From Octopus sinensis (taxonomy: Eukaryota), in assembly GCF_006345805.1 (NCBI RefSeq), contig NC_043012.1, forward strand, positions 36,270,001 through 36,334,000: a stretch of DNA of 64,000 nucleotides, read 5' to 3'. Positions 25,223-40,200 of the stretch are shown in pieces. The notes beneath the pieces are model-generated. The model was not told the DNA's origin. It did not search any database and saw only the letters and a list, made by a program, of their open reading frames with translations. The first letter of the stretch is position 1. Each line of letters starts with the position of its first letter. The translations under genes and the position numbers were made by a program.

Positions 25223-28200
25223 ATGTTGTGTGTGCGTGTGCATGTTGTGTGTGTGTGTGTTATGTATCTATGTGTGTGTGCATGCATGTACGTTTTGGTG
25301 TATCTGTGCATGTGTGTATATGTATATGTGTGTCATAGGTAATATTGTCATGTCCATTGCTGGCCAGTGTGGTGGGGGTCATTACTGGAAGTGCAGGTGC
25401 TGTGTGCGTGCGTGTGTATTTGCATGTGCTGTGTGTATGCGCGCATGTTGTGTTTGTGTGTTGTATGTATATATGTGTGTGCGTGCATGTGCATTTGAAT
25501 GTATGTGTTTGTGTGTGTATGTTTGTGTGTGTAATAGATAATATTGTCGTGTCCACTGCTGGCCTGTATGGTGGGGGTCATTACTGGAATTGCTCTGTGT
25601 ATGTGTGTGTGTATGCTATGTGATTATTATTATCAACATCATCATCACCACCATCATTACCATCGTCACAGTCATTAAGATTATCACCAACAATACCATT
25701 GCCACCACCATCATGGTCATCACTCTTTCTACCTCTCTTTCTCTCCTTATCTCTCTCACTCTATTTCTCTTTTAAAGGTTCGGCAATGTTTCAGAAGTCT
25801 GAAGAATTTGCTTTCCTTCCAGTGCCAAACAATTCTCTTTCCTCCCTTGGCCCCGAAAGTGATATGGCCATTTCCACAGAAAGTTCTACTGAAATGGTCA
25901 AGCAACTTCGAAGTTGCTCGGCAGAGGTGAGTTTGCCATTTTTTACAGATATCATGTTTCCACATGTCATCATCATCACCACTTCCAACAATAACCACCA
26001 CGTGCTCTACCAAGGCACATGGCTCAGTGGTTAGAGCATCAGGCTCACAATCATGAGGTAGTGAGTTCAATTCCCAGACCAGGCTATGTGTTGTGTTCTT
26101 GAGCAAGACACTTTACTTCATGTTGCTCCAGGACGCTCAGATGTAGAAATGATTTGCAACATCACTGGTGCCAAGCTGTATCGGCCCCTTTGCCTTTCCT
26201 GTGGAGAGGAGAGCTTAGTATGCCTGGGAAACTGCTGGTCTTCCATAAACATCCTTGCCTAGATTTGGGCCCCAGAAAGTAACTTTCTACATGCAATCCC
26301 ATGATTGTTTATCACCGAAGGAGGTCTTTACTCTTTTTTCATTTACTCTACCAATGTGCCACCAATGTCGTAGCTAAGAGGAGAGCAAGGAGAGAATGTG
26401 GAGAGGTGATTTTTATGCTTGTGGAACAAGTAGAAGTATCTTGCTATGGAGAGGATACCCCACACCTATATGAGGGTGGGTGGGAAGTATCCCAGAGTAA
26501 AACCTTCAAGAATTGAGGCAGCAGAGTGAAGTTTGAAGGGAAATGTGGATGTTATTTGTGGCAAGTAGCATTACCACGTAGACACTCATCCTCTCTAAAC
26601 ATAAATACATACATGAGATTGTAAGTTGTGAATAAGAGATAACATGGTTGTTATTTTTAGTGGGATGGTCTACCACATAGAGGACTTTCTTTTTGGCTCG
26701 CTCATATGTAGTGGTTAAGTGTGTATCAGTATGGGTTAAGGTGAACAAGTGTGACAGGCATGTGGATGCCTTTGAAGTAAACAAATAAATGACATCGATT
26801 TATAATTAAAATAATTTATTTACTGTACTTGCATTTGCCTTTGTGCCGGTGGCACATAAAAAGCACCATCCGATCGTGGCCGTTTGCCAGCCTCGTCTGG
26901 CACCTGTGCCAGTGGCATGTAAAAAGCACCCACTACACTCACAGAGTGGTTGGCGTTAGGAAGGGCATCCAGCTGTAGAAACACTGCCAGATCAGATTGG
27001 AGCCTGGTGCAGCCTTCTGGCTTCCCAAACCCAGTCGAACCATCCAACCCATGCTAGCATGGAAAGCGGACGTTAAACGATGATGATGATGATGATGATG
27101 ATACAATATCCATCACTACATGTAATTGTTGACAACTGCTACGAGCTGCTAGTAATAGAAACAGGGCACATCTGTGGAGGTGATGTGTCAGAACTGAATA
27201 TGTTTTTGTGTGTGTGTGTGTGTGTGCATAGTTCATCTAAGAAAGTAGTCTGCCATGAAACATCATCCGAACATTTCTCTCCTTCTCTGCATGTCTGCCA
27301 AAGCCTTCTGTCAGTGTCCTAGGTCTTTCTGTCCATTTCTCTGTTGACCATGGTATTTTATAACAGCTCTGGCAGCTAGAAGGACAGACATACTGCAGCA
27401 GAGATTGTGCTTAAATAGGTCAGCTCCTGTCCATTTGAACTTTGCCTGATATGGCTCAGGTCATAGGTCAAAGGGAGATGTCTTATCATTTTTTGACAGG
27501 ACAAAGAAAACCTTTTTTCGCACCTGTTGATCATGGTGGTTTGTACAAGCAAGAATCCTTAGATTCGGTTTTGAATTTAAACTTGGAGAAGGAGATGTTA
27601 ATTTTTACACATATATACATACATGAAATGTTAAGGTGTGATTTGGGGCAGATATGAGGTCTAGCTACCCTGTAAAGGTTTCCTTCATTACCCCATGTGT
27701 AAGACCAAAGGAGTGCTTTGAAGGAGATTTGACTGCTTGTTCTATCAGGTCTATCTACTGAGATTTTCCTCATTGGCTCATACATAGATATATACACATA
27801 TATAATCATCATCATTATCGTTTAACATACATACATGAAACTGTTCATAGTGGCGGATGGGGTTAAAGTATTAATAAAACAGATGGAATGAGTAAGAGAT
27901 TTTATTTGGTACGACACATGTTTCGACCCGTTCTGGGTCTCTTCGGGTACATAAATAAAAAGTCTCACTAAAGATTCTCTGATTTGGTTTTACGTACTGC
28001 TATATATCCATCAACTTTTAGAATGAGTGAAAAACAGAAAAATTGAAACACAAAAAATTCAAATATGAATGTAAAAATTATACATTCAAGTTTAGAGAGA
28101 AAATGACAGAATGACCCGTCACTGTTGTAAATGTTAAGAGAAAGAAAAGGATGTAGAAGTTGAAAGGAAGATAATACACACACACACACACACACATATA

Positions 28201-29826
28201 TATACACATGTGTGTGGTGTGTGTGTATACAGATATATGTATGTATACTTATATATATATACATGCTGTATTTCAGGATGTTGATCTACATACTGATGGA
28301 CGCACCAGCTCAGACTTCAAATCCGATCAGAAGACAAATGCTTTTTACATCCAGTTGTTTGCCATCAATGAAAAATACCAAACAAGGTTTGTGTAGAGAC
28401 ATTTTCTTTGTTGTTGCTGTTTTGTTTGTTGCTGTTTTTATAGCCATCTGTAAGTGTTCACGTGTATAAGGCAGGGTGGACTATTGACCACATGGTCCTA
28501 TGGCCAATCGTCTCCAAAATTAACCATTCCAGGAATGCAAGGAGAGAGAGAAAGAGAGTGTGTGTGTGTGTGTGTGTGTGCATGCGTGCATGTGTGTGTG
28601 TGTGCATGCGTGTGTGTGTTTATGTATTAAACCACACATGATTTTAGATAAGGGCAAAATATGGGAAAATTACATTAAACTTAGTTAAGTGAAATCAGTG
28701 AAATGAGAACCAGGTTAGCTAAATATGACATTTTTCTATACTACAAAAAAATCGCTTTTAGATGCAAAACTCCAAGCATGATCGTTACCAGCGTCGCCTT
28801 AAAGAGCACCATCCAAGCATGATCATTGCCAGAGTGGCTATCTGGCCTCCGTGCCGGTGGCACGTAAAAGACACTATTCGAGCATGATCGTTACCAGCAT
28901 CGCCTTACTGGCACCTGTGCCGGTGGCATGTGTAAAAGATTCAAGCGAGGTCATTGCCAGTACCGCCTGACTGGCATGTAAAAGCACCCACTACACTCTC
29001 GGAGTGGTTGGCATTAGGAAGGGCAGCCAGCTGTAGAAACTCTGCCAGATCAAGATTGAAGCCTGGTGCAGCCATCTGGTTCGCCAGCCCTCAGTCAAAA
29101 TCGTCCAACCCATGCTAGCATGGAAAGCGGACGTTAAACGATGATGATGATGAAACCTTTTTTCTATATAAAAAACCCAGAGCAATTCTGATGAATCCCT
29201 ATTTTTCTTTGATCCCTTCTCATTTCTGTTGTATATGCTTATATAAATTATAAACGCCAAACTCACCTCAAGAATACATATACCAATATAATTTCACTTG
29301 AACTATGAGGTGAGTACATTTATTCTGTGAAAACGTATCTTCATATTTTTGTTTCTCATACATATAAACACAGAAAAAAATTATTCTCCACTTATATTAA
29401 AAAGTTAAACTAGTTTTAATTACATAATATGTGTATATATAGTTGGTATTATGTTAGACTGTTGTACGTCCAAATTTGGCCAAATACATTGTTTTCAATA
29501 TTTAATTTTACTTGTAATAGCCACTTCTTTTGGTCAAACTATCATATCTCCAGCTGCTTTCAGAAAAAAATTGTCCAAGTGTAGTACAATGGTTTAACAT
29601 TTTTCAAAAGTCCCACATACGACAGTTTTGCAAAAAATGCTTCTGACTGAAAATATCATAGTTGCATGGAGTTAGGATTTTATGCACCTGACAAGGTATT
29701 ATTGTTAAGCGGAAACTGTTGCTAGTGTAAAAAGAAAGGGAATGGTGAAACTATTTTTTTCGTTTTCTGAAAGAGCAACGTTTTGGACTTACAACACTTT
29801 GGCATATGTGTGTGTGTGTGTGTGTG

Positions 29827-29871
<45 letters not shown>

Positions 29872-30049
29872 GAAGTTCATAGAAAGACAAAAGACAAAGA
29901 CAGGTGCATGAACAACAAGCAGGTGTATTAATTTGACACTCGGGGGGAAAATGAAAAAATCTTTTTCATTTTTCCCGAGCGTCAAACTAATACACCTGCT
30001 TGTTGTTCTCTCACCTGTCTTCGTCTTTTGTCTTTCTATGAACTTCAAC

Positions 30050-30086
<37 letters not shown>

Positions 30087-32430
30087 AATTATTGTATACA
30101 GTGCTCAGGTGCACCACAACTTGTCAAAAGTGCATATAAAGCACATGCAGTAATGTACAAATGTCTGGAAAGCGAACAGTGTATGAGTCAGATATATACT
30201 TGCGTGTGTAAGGAGTGGAGAAAATGAGGTGTAGTGTTGGCGAATCTCAGGAAAAATGGAAGTTTTGGCGGATGCAGTGCTCCGAGAACTAACAACTGAT
30301 GCTGGCAGTTTATTCCATGCTTCAGCAACTCTCAGCGTGAAAAAATGTTTCCGAAAGTCATGGGAGCTGCGTTGTTTTCTGACTTTGTAAACATGTCCAT
30401 GGGTGTTAGACGGGTGGAGTTTGAAAAGGTGCTCAGAGTTATATTATCTACGCTCACATGGTTACCCCAGTTTGATTCTGATTGTACTTCCTACTCTTTG
30501 GACTTGCATGTCTGAACCACTTCCTGAACTTTCAGCACCTCTCCTCATCCACATACCAGCACTCCACCCGGATTACCACTGGATCTACTGACTCTACCTT
30601 CATGGATTTCACTGGATTTTCTTTGTTTATGCGCACACACACATATAATCATCATCATTTATCATCTGTTTTCCCATGGTGGCATAGGTTAGATGGTTTG
30701 ACAGGAGATGGGAAACCAGAGATCGGCACTGGGCTTCATTGTCTGCTTTGGTGTGGTTTCTTTGGCCAGATGCCTTTCCTAATGCCAACCACTTAGCAGA
30801 ATATACTGGGTGCTTTTTACATGGCACTGACCCCATTGAGGTCACCATGTAACTTGCAAGACGAAAACCTCTCTACTGAGAGGGGGAGTGGAACCGAAGG
30901 AGGTGGCTTTGTGCCAGGTGAGAGATTTGAGTATAAAGATTGATGGATAAAGAGTGATAAAGATAGATGTGTGACTATTGAGAAGGTAGTTGGCTACCCC
31001 AGTCGGAGTGGAACCGAGGGAGGTGGCTTTGTGCCAGGTGAGAGATTTGAGTATAAAGATTGATGGATAAAGAGTGATAAAGATAGATGTTGACTATTGA
31101 GGAGGTACTTGGCTACCCCAGTCAGAAATGAGTTCTATGGCTTACCAGCTCCTGAAAGAATATCATTCACTCGACAACAGAAATTGGTGGGTTGTCTCCT
31201 TATTTGGTGTCAGATTATGAATGACAGCAACAGACATGTCTAATCCGTGAGAACATGGAAGTCAATCATAAAACAGCAATGGCGGTGGTGGTGGTGGTTG
31301 TGGTGGTGGTTGTGGTGAGAGTAGTTGTGGTCATGGTGGTGGCTGTCGTGGTTGTCATGGTTTTGGTGGTGGTGATGGTAGTGGTAATTTAGGAAATATT
31401 CTTCTTTCTCTCTTCTAGGGCAGAAGACTTCCTCATGAAAGCCTTTGAGCTTTTTCCTGACTTTGACATGTGCATCATCTCCATTCCTCATCTCGTCCCA
31501 GAGTTTCCTTTGTTGCGACTTTTTGTGGTAAGTTGATCCTCATTTTCTTCCACCCGGCTTAATCAAAGCCGGGTGGATTCGTTACTTTTTTCTCTTTACC
31601 TGTGTGAGTTGTTGAATATTGCTGTCCGGGAGATTTTCTTATGGTCGTGAAATAGTTAGTTTTAACTGCTATTTCTAAATTTCGGTATGTGGTGAAGCAA
31701 ATTTTTGCTGAACCCTAATTATAATTATACTCATAATTATAAAATTTATGTATAAGTTTACCATTAATGGTTCAATTAACATACCAAACTACTTGGTAAA
31801 ACTTTTAATTATTAATTAATTAATTAATTTTACCCTTTATTATTATGTATGCATGCATATATACCGTAAATCCTCGAGTATAGTCTGCCCTTGAGTATAA
31901 TATGCAGGGGATTTTTAGAGGGCTGTACCTCTGAAAAACCTAAACTTTGTGTATAATACGCACCCCTTCTCTACTTGAGTCGTGTGTAATTAAGCCAGCA
32001 GCACCAAGTCAAACAAACACTTCCATGCATGCGTAATACAATAATGGTGATGTTCTTAACTGTTATATGGGAATGTAAATATGTTTGCAAATTGTTTTTG
32101 TTACATGTTATTCTGTGTTCTGAATACTTTTATTTTAATAAATGTTGCTTACTGCAAGTTATGGATGATTCTTTTATGATTTAATTTCTTTCAGGCTTAG
32201 CTTAAGGTATTTTCATGCCCGACATCACAAAATGCGCCTGAATAAACATTGCCGGACAGCAAATAGTGACTCGGACATTGCTTAGAAAATATTTTTCATT
32301 TTTAACCTTGTATATAGTACGCACTAGGGATTTTGATCTTTAAATTTTGGGGGAAAAATGTGGATTATACTCGAGGATTTACGGTATATATATAATATTA
32401 TTTATATATATATTCAATATTATTTATATA

Positions 32431-32470
<40 letters not shown>

Positions 32471-33839
32471 AGTTGTAATATTTTCTACCATAAACTTAGT
32501 AATAACCTGATCAGTCACTCACTTGTAATAATATTTTTTCTTTAATCAGAGAGCAACTCCAAGAAAGGGCTGTTTTCCTCCTCAAGAACTATATGTCTTT
32601 CATAAGTCAGGACTTATCAAGTAAGTCAGTTTCTCGTCCTCAGCAGAAGTTTGGTCATGAAGCCAGAGAAACATCATCATCATCATCATCACCATCAGTT
32701 GTCACAAATGGTTTATATATAAAGGTTGTGTCCAGCTGCAGAGAAATCTGCTTCAGTTTCAATTGAAAAGCATTGAGAAGAGGGCATTGATGCAATGATG
32801 TTGATGATACACACACACACACACACAATCATCATCATTGAACCCCCTCCCAGAGCCGGGCACCTGTGCCTCACTTTACCCTCCGCTTGGGCTCCTGAAC
32901 AAAAATATAGATAGTTGCATTTACAGCTGAAGACTTACATTTGCAGCCAATCAAATGGACAGAATCACAAAAGCAAATCAGAAGAATAACAATAAGGGGC
33001 CCCTTCTCCTCTCAGCTCCCATATTTCTTCACCTGAATCACCACTTTCTTCATCGCTTTCACCAGTTTGAGTGTCTGAATCACTCTTAGTGTTTGCGTGA
33101 GCGTAAACTCTTTGTCCAAGGAATAAATATGCTCAATAACTTCCTCCACTGTAAAGCATCGAGTCCTTGTTCATTTACCAGGTGAAGTGCTGGGTTCATC
33201 ACGCACTTGTTTCATCACAAAAAACATCTGGGTTTTTGTTTTTTTGTTAAATTAGAAACAAAATTAAGCAACATTTTGGGGGATGCCATTACCAAGGACT
33301 ACAAAGTTTGGTTTAGTATTTTATCTTCTTTTTCTGTGTGTGTTGTTTTTGGGGAATCCAGTAGAAATTACATTTAGGCTATTCCTGCTATCCCAAGAAC
33401 ATGGTGCAATAGGATCAATGTCTGTTTTCGATGCTGATATCATCTGAAAAGTTCAAGAAATCAAAGGACTTGGCTGAGAGCTCCAATGTCTGATTTGGCA
33501 TGATTTTTACGGCTGGATGGTCATTTTAATGCCATCCATTTTACAGAGTGTACCGGGTGCTTTCTTCAAGGAACTTGCACTAAACAAGAACCCCTACTAC
33601 TCAACAGAGTTGAAGGAAGTGTCATTCTTTTCTACTCTAGGCACAAGGCCCGAAATTTTGGGGGAGAGGGCCAACCGATTAGATCGACCCCAGCATGCAA
33701 CTGGTATTTAATTTATCGACCCCAAAAGGGTGAAAGGCAAAGTCAACCTTGACGGAATTTGAACTCAGAATGTAAAGACAAATGAAATACTGCTTAGCAT
33801 TTCATCCATCATGCTAACAATTCTACCAGCTCACCACTC

Positions 33840-33884
<45 letters not shown>

Positions 33885-33885
33885 T

Positions 33886-33927
<42 letters not shown>

Positions 33928-34932
33928 CCTCTTTATTATAGGAACAAGGCCTGAAATTTAGGAGGTGGGGAAGGGCAAGTTGATTACGTCAACCCCAGTG
34001 CATAACTGGTATTTATTCTATTGACCCCCAAAAAGATAAAAGGCAAAGTCGACCTCAGCAGAATTTGAACTCTGAACATAAAGACATACGAAATACCGCA
34101 AAGCATTTCGCCTGGCATGCTAATGATTCTGCCACCCTCCCACCCACCCACCTTAGAAGGAAGTATTATCGAAGGAGGTAGAAATATGAGAGAGGGACAT
34201 TGTGTTTATATTCTTGTGTAACATTCAGGCTTCAGTAACTCAGCCGTGTTGTTGATGTCATAAAAACATATCACTGTAATTTAATTTATTGAATCACAAG
34301 GGTTTAATGAAACGATGCATTTAATGCAATGTCTTTGTTTCTTTGCAGGGATATTAAAGTGCGAAAGGCCTGCACATCTGACTTTGAAAACATCTGGTTT
34401 TTGACCAAAAATATTCGACAACAAGAGAAACTTCTGGACGACTTGCAGCAGTTTAACGATTACCGCAGAGACAAAGTAAGGCAAACAGCTTAAGCATTGG
34501 CATGTTTTGGTGTAGTCTTTATAGTACCTGGTCTTGTCTACCTGGTTCTTATCTATAGCTAGTCATTCATACTGTCTGGTGTAGGGACAATCCCATAGCC
34601 ATCACCACTAACACAATGGTCACAGTTCCAGTTAACGAATAAATATTGTCTTAATCATGGGCTTTTTCATTTTTAATAGAAACCTTAAAATCGACCATTA
34701 CTTTTCCACCAAGCTGATATATATATATAGATATATATATATATATAAATATATATATATCAAATGAAATGGAAATAAGAATATGTATTGTCCGTTTGAT
34801 GGAAGACTACTATAAATGGCTGAAGATTGCTCAACATTTTAAAACTGATGTAATATTTACAGTGTTTAATAAAATGAAGTAGCATGAAACGATTGTACCA
34901 AATTAGCTAAGATATACTTGTTGCTTATTTTG

Positions 34933-34974
<42 letters not shown>

Positions 34975-35116
34975 CATTCATCTGTCCATCCTTCCATCCA
35001 TCCATCCATACATGCACACACACATAATATAGTATAACATAATATGCATTATACATATGTATACATACATATATGTATGCAATATACAATATATATAAAG
35101 ATATATGTATGTATGT

Positions 35117-35181
<65 letters not shown>

Positions 35182-37118
35182 TATATATATGTATATATAC
35201 ATATATGTAATATATTCTACTACTATATTGACCTTGACTTTTTATAGGACGGTACCGACATAATGGCATATGTGGCCACCGTGGCCGACCGACTTATTGG
35301 AGTGGCTCTCTTACGTAATGAAGAGGTGAGTGTTTCAGACAGCTTATTTAATCATGCTACTATTTACTCTGTACTAACTGTCTTGTTTACATACACACAC
35401 ACACACACACACATACATACACACACACACACATACATATACATACACACACATACATACATTTCATACTACATAAACTGTGTCTTGTCTTGCAGGATAT
35501 TGAATACCTACGATCTCACTACAACATCGAGGATTATATATTTTTTAACCACCATAAGCAGAGTGAACATGCCCACCTCTATCACTTTATTATGAATCCG
35601 GCTTTCAAGTATTTATCCAAATTCTTCATGAGGGTTGTGTATTTCTGTTTCATTTTATATTTCAAATCATTTTGAGACATTCTTTGAAAAAATGTTTCCA
35701 TTTAAATCTTCTTTCATTTTGATTGTATATCTTTGAGATTGTATATCTATAAATTGATGACTGTTTTACTGTCGGTTGGACATATCTATAAATATATGAT
35801 TATTTCACTGTGTTGTACACATCTGCAATTATAGGACTACTTCACTGTGGGTTTGATATGTCTGTAAATTGTAGAACAGAAATGGATCTTATGACCTTTG
35901 TTTTCAATAGTTTTACTAAATTAAGTCGGTAGAACACTCTGACTTTTGTGTGATGGACCTCAAGATCTTTGAGATCTTTGAGGTGGTATTATTCAACCAT
36001 CACATCTTGAGTACTTATGCACCAGACTTATATATATATGTTATGTAAGAGCTTCTGTATATGTACGTATGTGTCTGTGCATATTTGTGTGTGTGTGTGT
36101 GTGCGCATGTGTGTGTGTGTGTGTGTGCGTGTGTGTGTGTGTGTCTTTGCAGATATGTGTTAGGTCAGAACCAAAAGTCTACTCAGATCCTTGTGTGTCT
36201 GTTGGTGGTGGGAAGAATAGCTTCGATTGGAATGGAATTATTTTGGATGGCATGGAGTATTTGTATGTGTTGGAGAGGAGATATGTCTTAGATTGGAGTG
36301 AACAACAGGCAAGGTCATTCTTCTCCACTTCCACCCCAGACATGGGGGTTATTCCACATCAGTCTCACATTTCTATGCCATTCTGTTACAGGAAATTCTA
36401 CGACAGAGTTACAAGAACTGCCTTTATTATCCACTCTTCCCTTTATATGCTTCACGAAATGTAAGTACTTTCAACTAACCGTGTTGAGTCGGGGTAGGGG
36501 TGGTGGTGGTGGTTGTGGTGATGATGACTTATAAGAGACATACATACATACAAACATACACACATACAAACACATATACACACATACACTCATACATACA
36601 TGATACATACAAACAAACAAACTGCAATCGGCTTCTTTCAGTTTCCTTCTACCATATCCATTGACAAGGCTTTAGCTGGCCTGAGGCAGGAACTAGATGT
36701 CACCCGCCCAAAGTGCCACACAGTGGGATTGAACCTGGAACCATGTGATTGGGAAGCAAACTTCTTAAGCACACGGCCATGTCTGTGCCTCAGTGAAGAC
36801 TGTTCAGCGAAGGGTCGTTTTCTGGGTACATGGAAATAGACGACAAAACTAAGGTTAATAATTCTGCTTGACAATCACTTGGATTCAGGTTCAATTCTGC
36901 TCTGCAGCACCTTGGTAAAGAGTCTTCTGCCAGGTCCAGGAACTGACTTATGGTGGTTTCTGGGAGAAATTTAGGAGACCGAAATTATGTGGAAACTTGT
37001 TGGAAAATCCAACTCTTTCTAACATTAATGGATTAATGGGTCACTTGACTTAATGCTGTCATGCGACCCCTGGGGTGGGGAAGGGGAGCCATCAGCATGT
37101 TCATTCTTTTCATTTGCA

Positions 37119-37209
<91 letters not shown>

Positions 37210-40200
37210 ACTTCCTTCAGCTCCACTATCTTGGAAGCTCTTGATCAACTGGTTAAAAAAAATTGTGTAAACAAAAATCCCGGGCAACCATTCCATGAAG
37301 AACTGAATAAGCTGCTTCACTGCCTCAATGTCCTTGAATCAATTTCCTTTCATCTTTTTGATGCCAAACTGCTTAAGACCATCCTTGGTTCTATGACACA
37401 AATTTCTTCTTTCAAAGTGACCTAACTTTAAACTTTCCATCAAAATTTCATATTAATTTATGTTCCCAATTCCTTATTAACGATGACAGTGATTTTACTC
37501 AACTTTTCGTTATTTCCAAAATTTATTGGAACAAAGACATGGCAACAGAACGGTTAAAAGTGTTCTCAGTGAAAACCTTCCATTGAAATTTCACCAAAAT
37601 TTACGTTCCAGACACCAAAAGACAAAGTTATTTTACAGAATTCTTTGTTATTTTCAAAACTAATTGAAACACTGCCATATTTCTCAACAAAAATACGGTA
37701 ATGAATGGGATAATTACCTTGCTTCTTCTAATTGCAGTTTATTGGATCTCATTCCATCATCACTGCTCTCTCAGACATGATACCAGTCAGGTATCGCAGA
37801 CAAATTGTCTATCCACCAAACCTTGGCATTAATGCACCTTCAGACCAAGTCTTGAAGGAAGTACCAGCTTTTGCTTTGACACATATGAACCGAAAGTTAG
37901 CACTGGAACCGAAGGTTTGTTTCCATTATATTATTCTCATTTAGCCCCAGGTCAACCCCAGTCTTGCAGAAATATAATCAAATATGTTCCATCTTTATTT
38001 ATTCAAACATAATATACTTGGAATTACATTACGTAATATGTCCTTCCTTTTCTAAGATGGTAGGGTATAATCTGAAAGAGATTTGGCTACTATTTTTAGC
38101 ACACTGAGTTACAATGCAGCACAGTGGTTCTCATCCATTTTTTGCCTATGGACCCCTTTGATTCCAATTGTACTCTGCTGGACTCCCATAGCCACTTGAT
38201 GTATATCAAAAAATTCCTTTTATATTTTTATGATTAAATATTATTAGGAATTCTATATTTAGGAGATGAGGAATTATGTACGTTATTTACATTATTTACA
38301 TTTGACACAACAACCTCCTAAGCATACCAAGTGCAGATATGAGTAGCACATGGGAACTGGTATTAAGGAAGGATAGGAAAACATTAGATTTATAAGCCCT
38401 AAAATTCACTCCATAATTGCCCACGGGCATATGGCGTAGTGGTTAAGAGCGCAGGCTACTAACCCCACGATTCCGAGTTCGATTTCTAGTAGTGACCTGA
38501 ATAATAATAATAATAATAACATCGCAAAATACCTTAGGAATGAAAACCTAGGTTCAAAATTTCCCCAAGACACCTGATGAAGGCTGGAGGGTATATCAGC
38601 TGAAACGTTGTGTTAACAACAAACAAGATGAGGACAAATATCTGTCAAATGTGAATAATGTAAATAATTATTAGGAATTATATTTTAAAAAATTTAATAT
38701 TTTGTGTATTGCAGAAGTAAAATGAATTTATTGCTGATAAACTTTTAACAAGAAAGTCTTATATGGACCCTTCGTTAGCTCAATAAAATAAGTTCCATTT
38801 AAATTTTGGAGTTATTGATTTATTCAGTAACATTGTTCCCTAAAGAGTATGTGACCGTTTGTCTGTGCCAGAAATTATTTTTATCATAAAGGAAATACCA
38901 AAGGCAACCAGCTGCCAGAATTGGTTGAGCATCGAAAAAATGCCTCGTGATATTGGTCCCAGCACGTTACGTTCTAAGTTGGAATCCTCCTAAGGTCAGC
39001 TTTGCCTTTCATTGTTTTGGAGACAATAAATTAAAGTACCAGTGACATAATTGGGGTTGATGGTGTCAACTAAATCTCTCATCCCCATCTTCAAAGTGCT
39101 TCTGTTGAAATTGTTAATAAAGTAACATGAAGTATTTAATACTGTATGTACAATGTGAGGTGTACACATGGAATGAGTACCATGTGGTGTCTTGAAAATA
39201 TGTCTCATTTGGTGTATGTCATGTGATGTGTACTGTTTGGCATATCAAGTGTACTCTACACAATGTGGTATGCATAGTACAGTATGTAGCATGTGGCATG
39301 CAACATTTGGTATGTACCACATGGTATATAGTGCCATAATTCAATATCCCATGTGGTGTGTATTATATCGTATATTCTATCTTTTATGTAGTATATTCCA
39401 TGTAGTGTACATTATAATGCACATGGTACACTCTACATGGAATTTTGTACATGGTGCATTCAGTGAAGTATCAATGAGGCTTGCCTCATCATCATTGTTC
39501 GACCGTGGTCAAGACAATGGAATTTACCATGCTACACCAGACTTCACGGTCCATCATAGCATTACGGAGGTCCTGTTGCTGGATGCCTGTATCCCTGGAG
39601 ATTACATCAGGGTAGGAGTGTGTGCGCCCTCTGGTATTGCGAGTAGATGGCTTCCAGAGGAGAAGAGGAGAAATTGCCTTGTTTTCAGCTCTACAACAAT
39701 GTCCAGCAAACTGGACTCTTCTACCTTTCACAAGAGATGACACAGGTGGTATTTGTACTTTGGTTGGATGACGCTTCCACGAGAGATTTTGAGCTCTCAT
39801 AAGGAGGCGAGTGTAAGTTCCATCCAACCGCCTCTCAAGCTTCTTTGATAACATCCAGGTTTCTGAGCCGCCTACCGAGGCATGTGAAGACTGGATCCAG
39901 CTGACTTTGTGGAAGAAACCCTTGTGGTTCAACAGAGAGGAAGGTGACTGCAGCAATGCATTGTGGGATGCAGGGAGCATGATGAGGCAAGCAAGACATC
40001 TTGGTCATCCACTGCATCTGTCTCCATCCCCGGTCGTATTGGCCTTGTCTTGCCACTGGATTGAAGATGGTCACAGATGAGAGAGTAAGGTCGATGATGC
40101 ACAACTCTTCATCACTTTAAACCATGTCATTGCACAAATCATCTGTCATCATTTGGATGACCAGATGGTCGTTGTGGCCCTGACAGGGGAACATGCACAA

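Noticed and set aside
25341-25589. 50-bp segment duplicated at 199-bp spacing within (TG)n
   Set aside because: Ordinary slippage duplication in a microsatellite field.
29188-29215. CTGATGA hammerhead-like start
   Set aside because: No closing stem II or GAAA downstream.
38425-38497. Possible tRNA gene
   Set aside because: A/B boxes are present but the anticodon and acceptor stems do not pair; treated as a SINE head.
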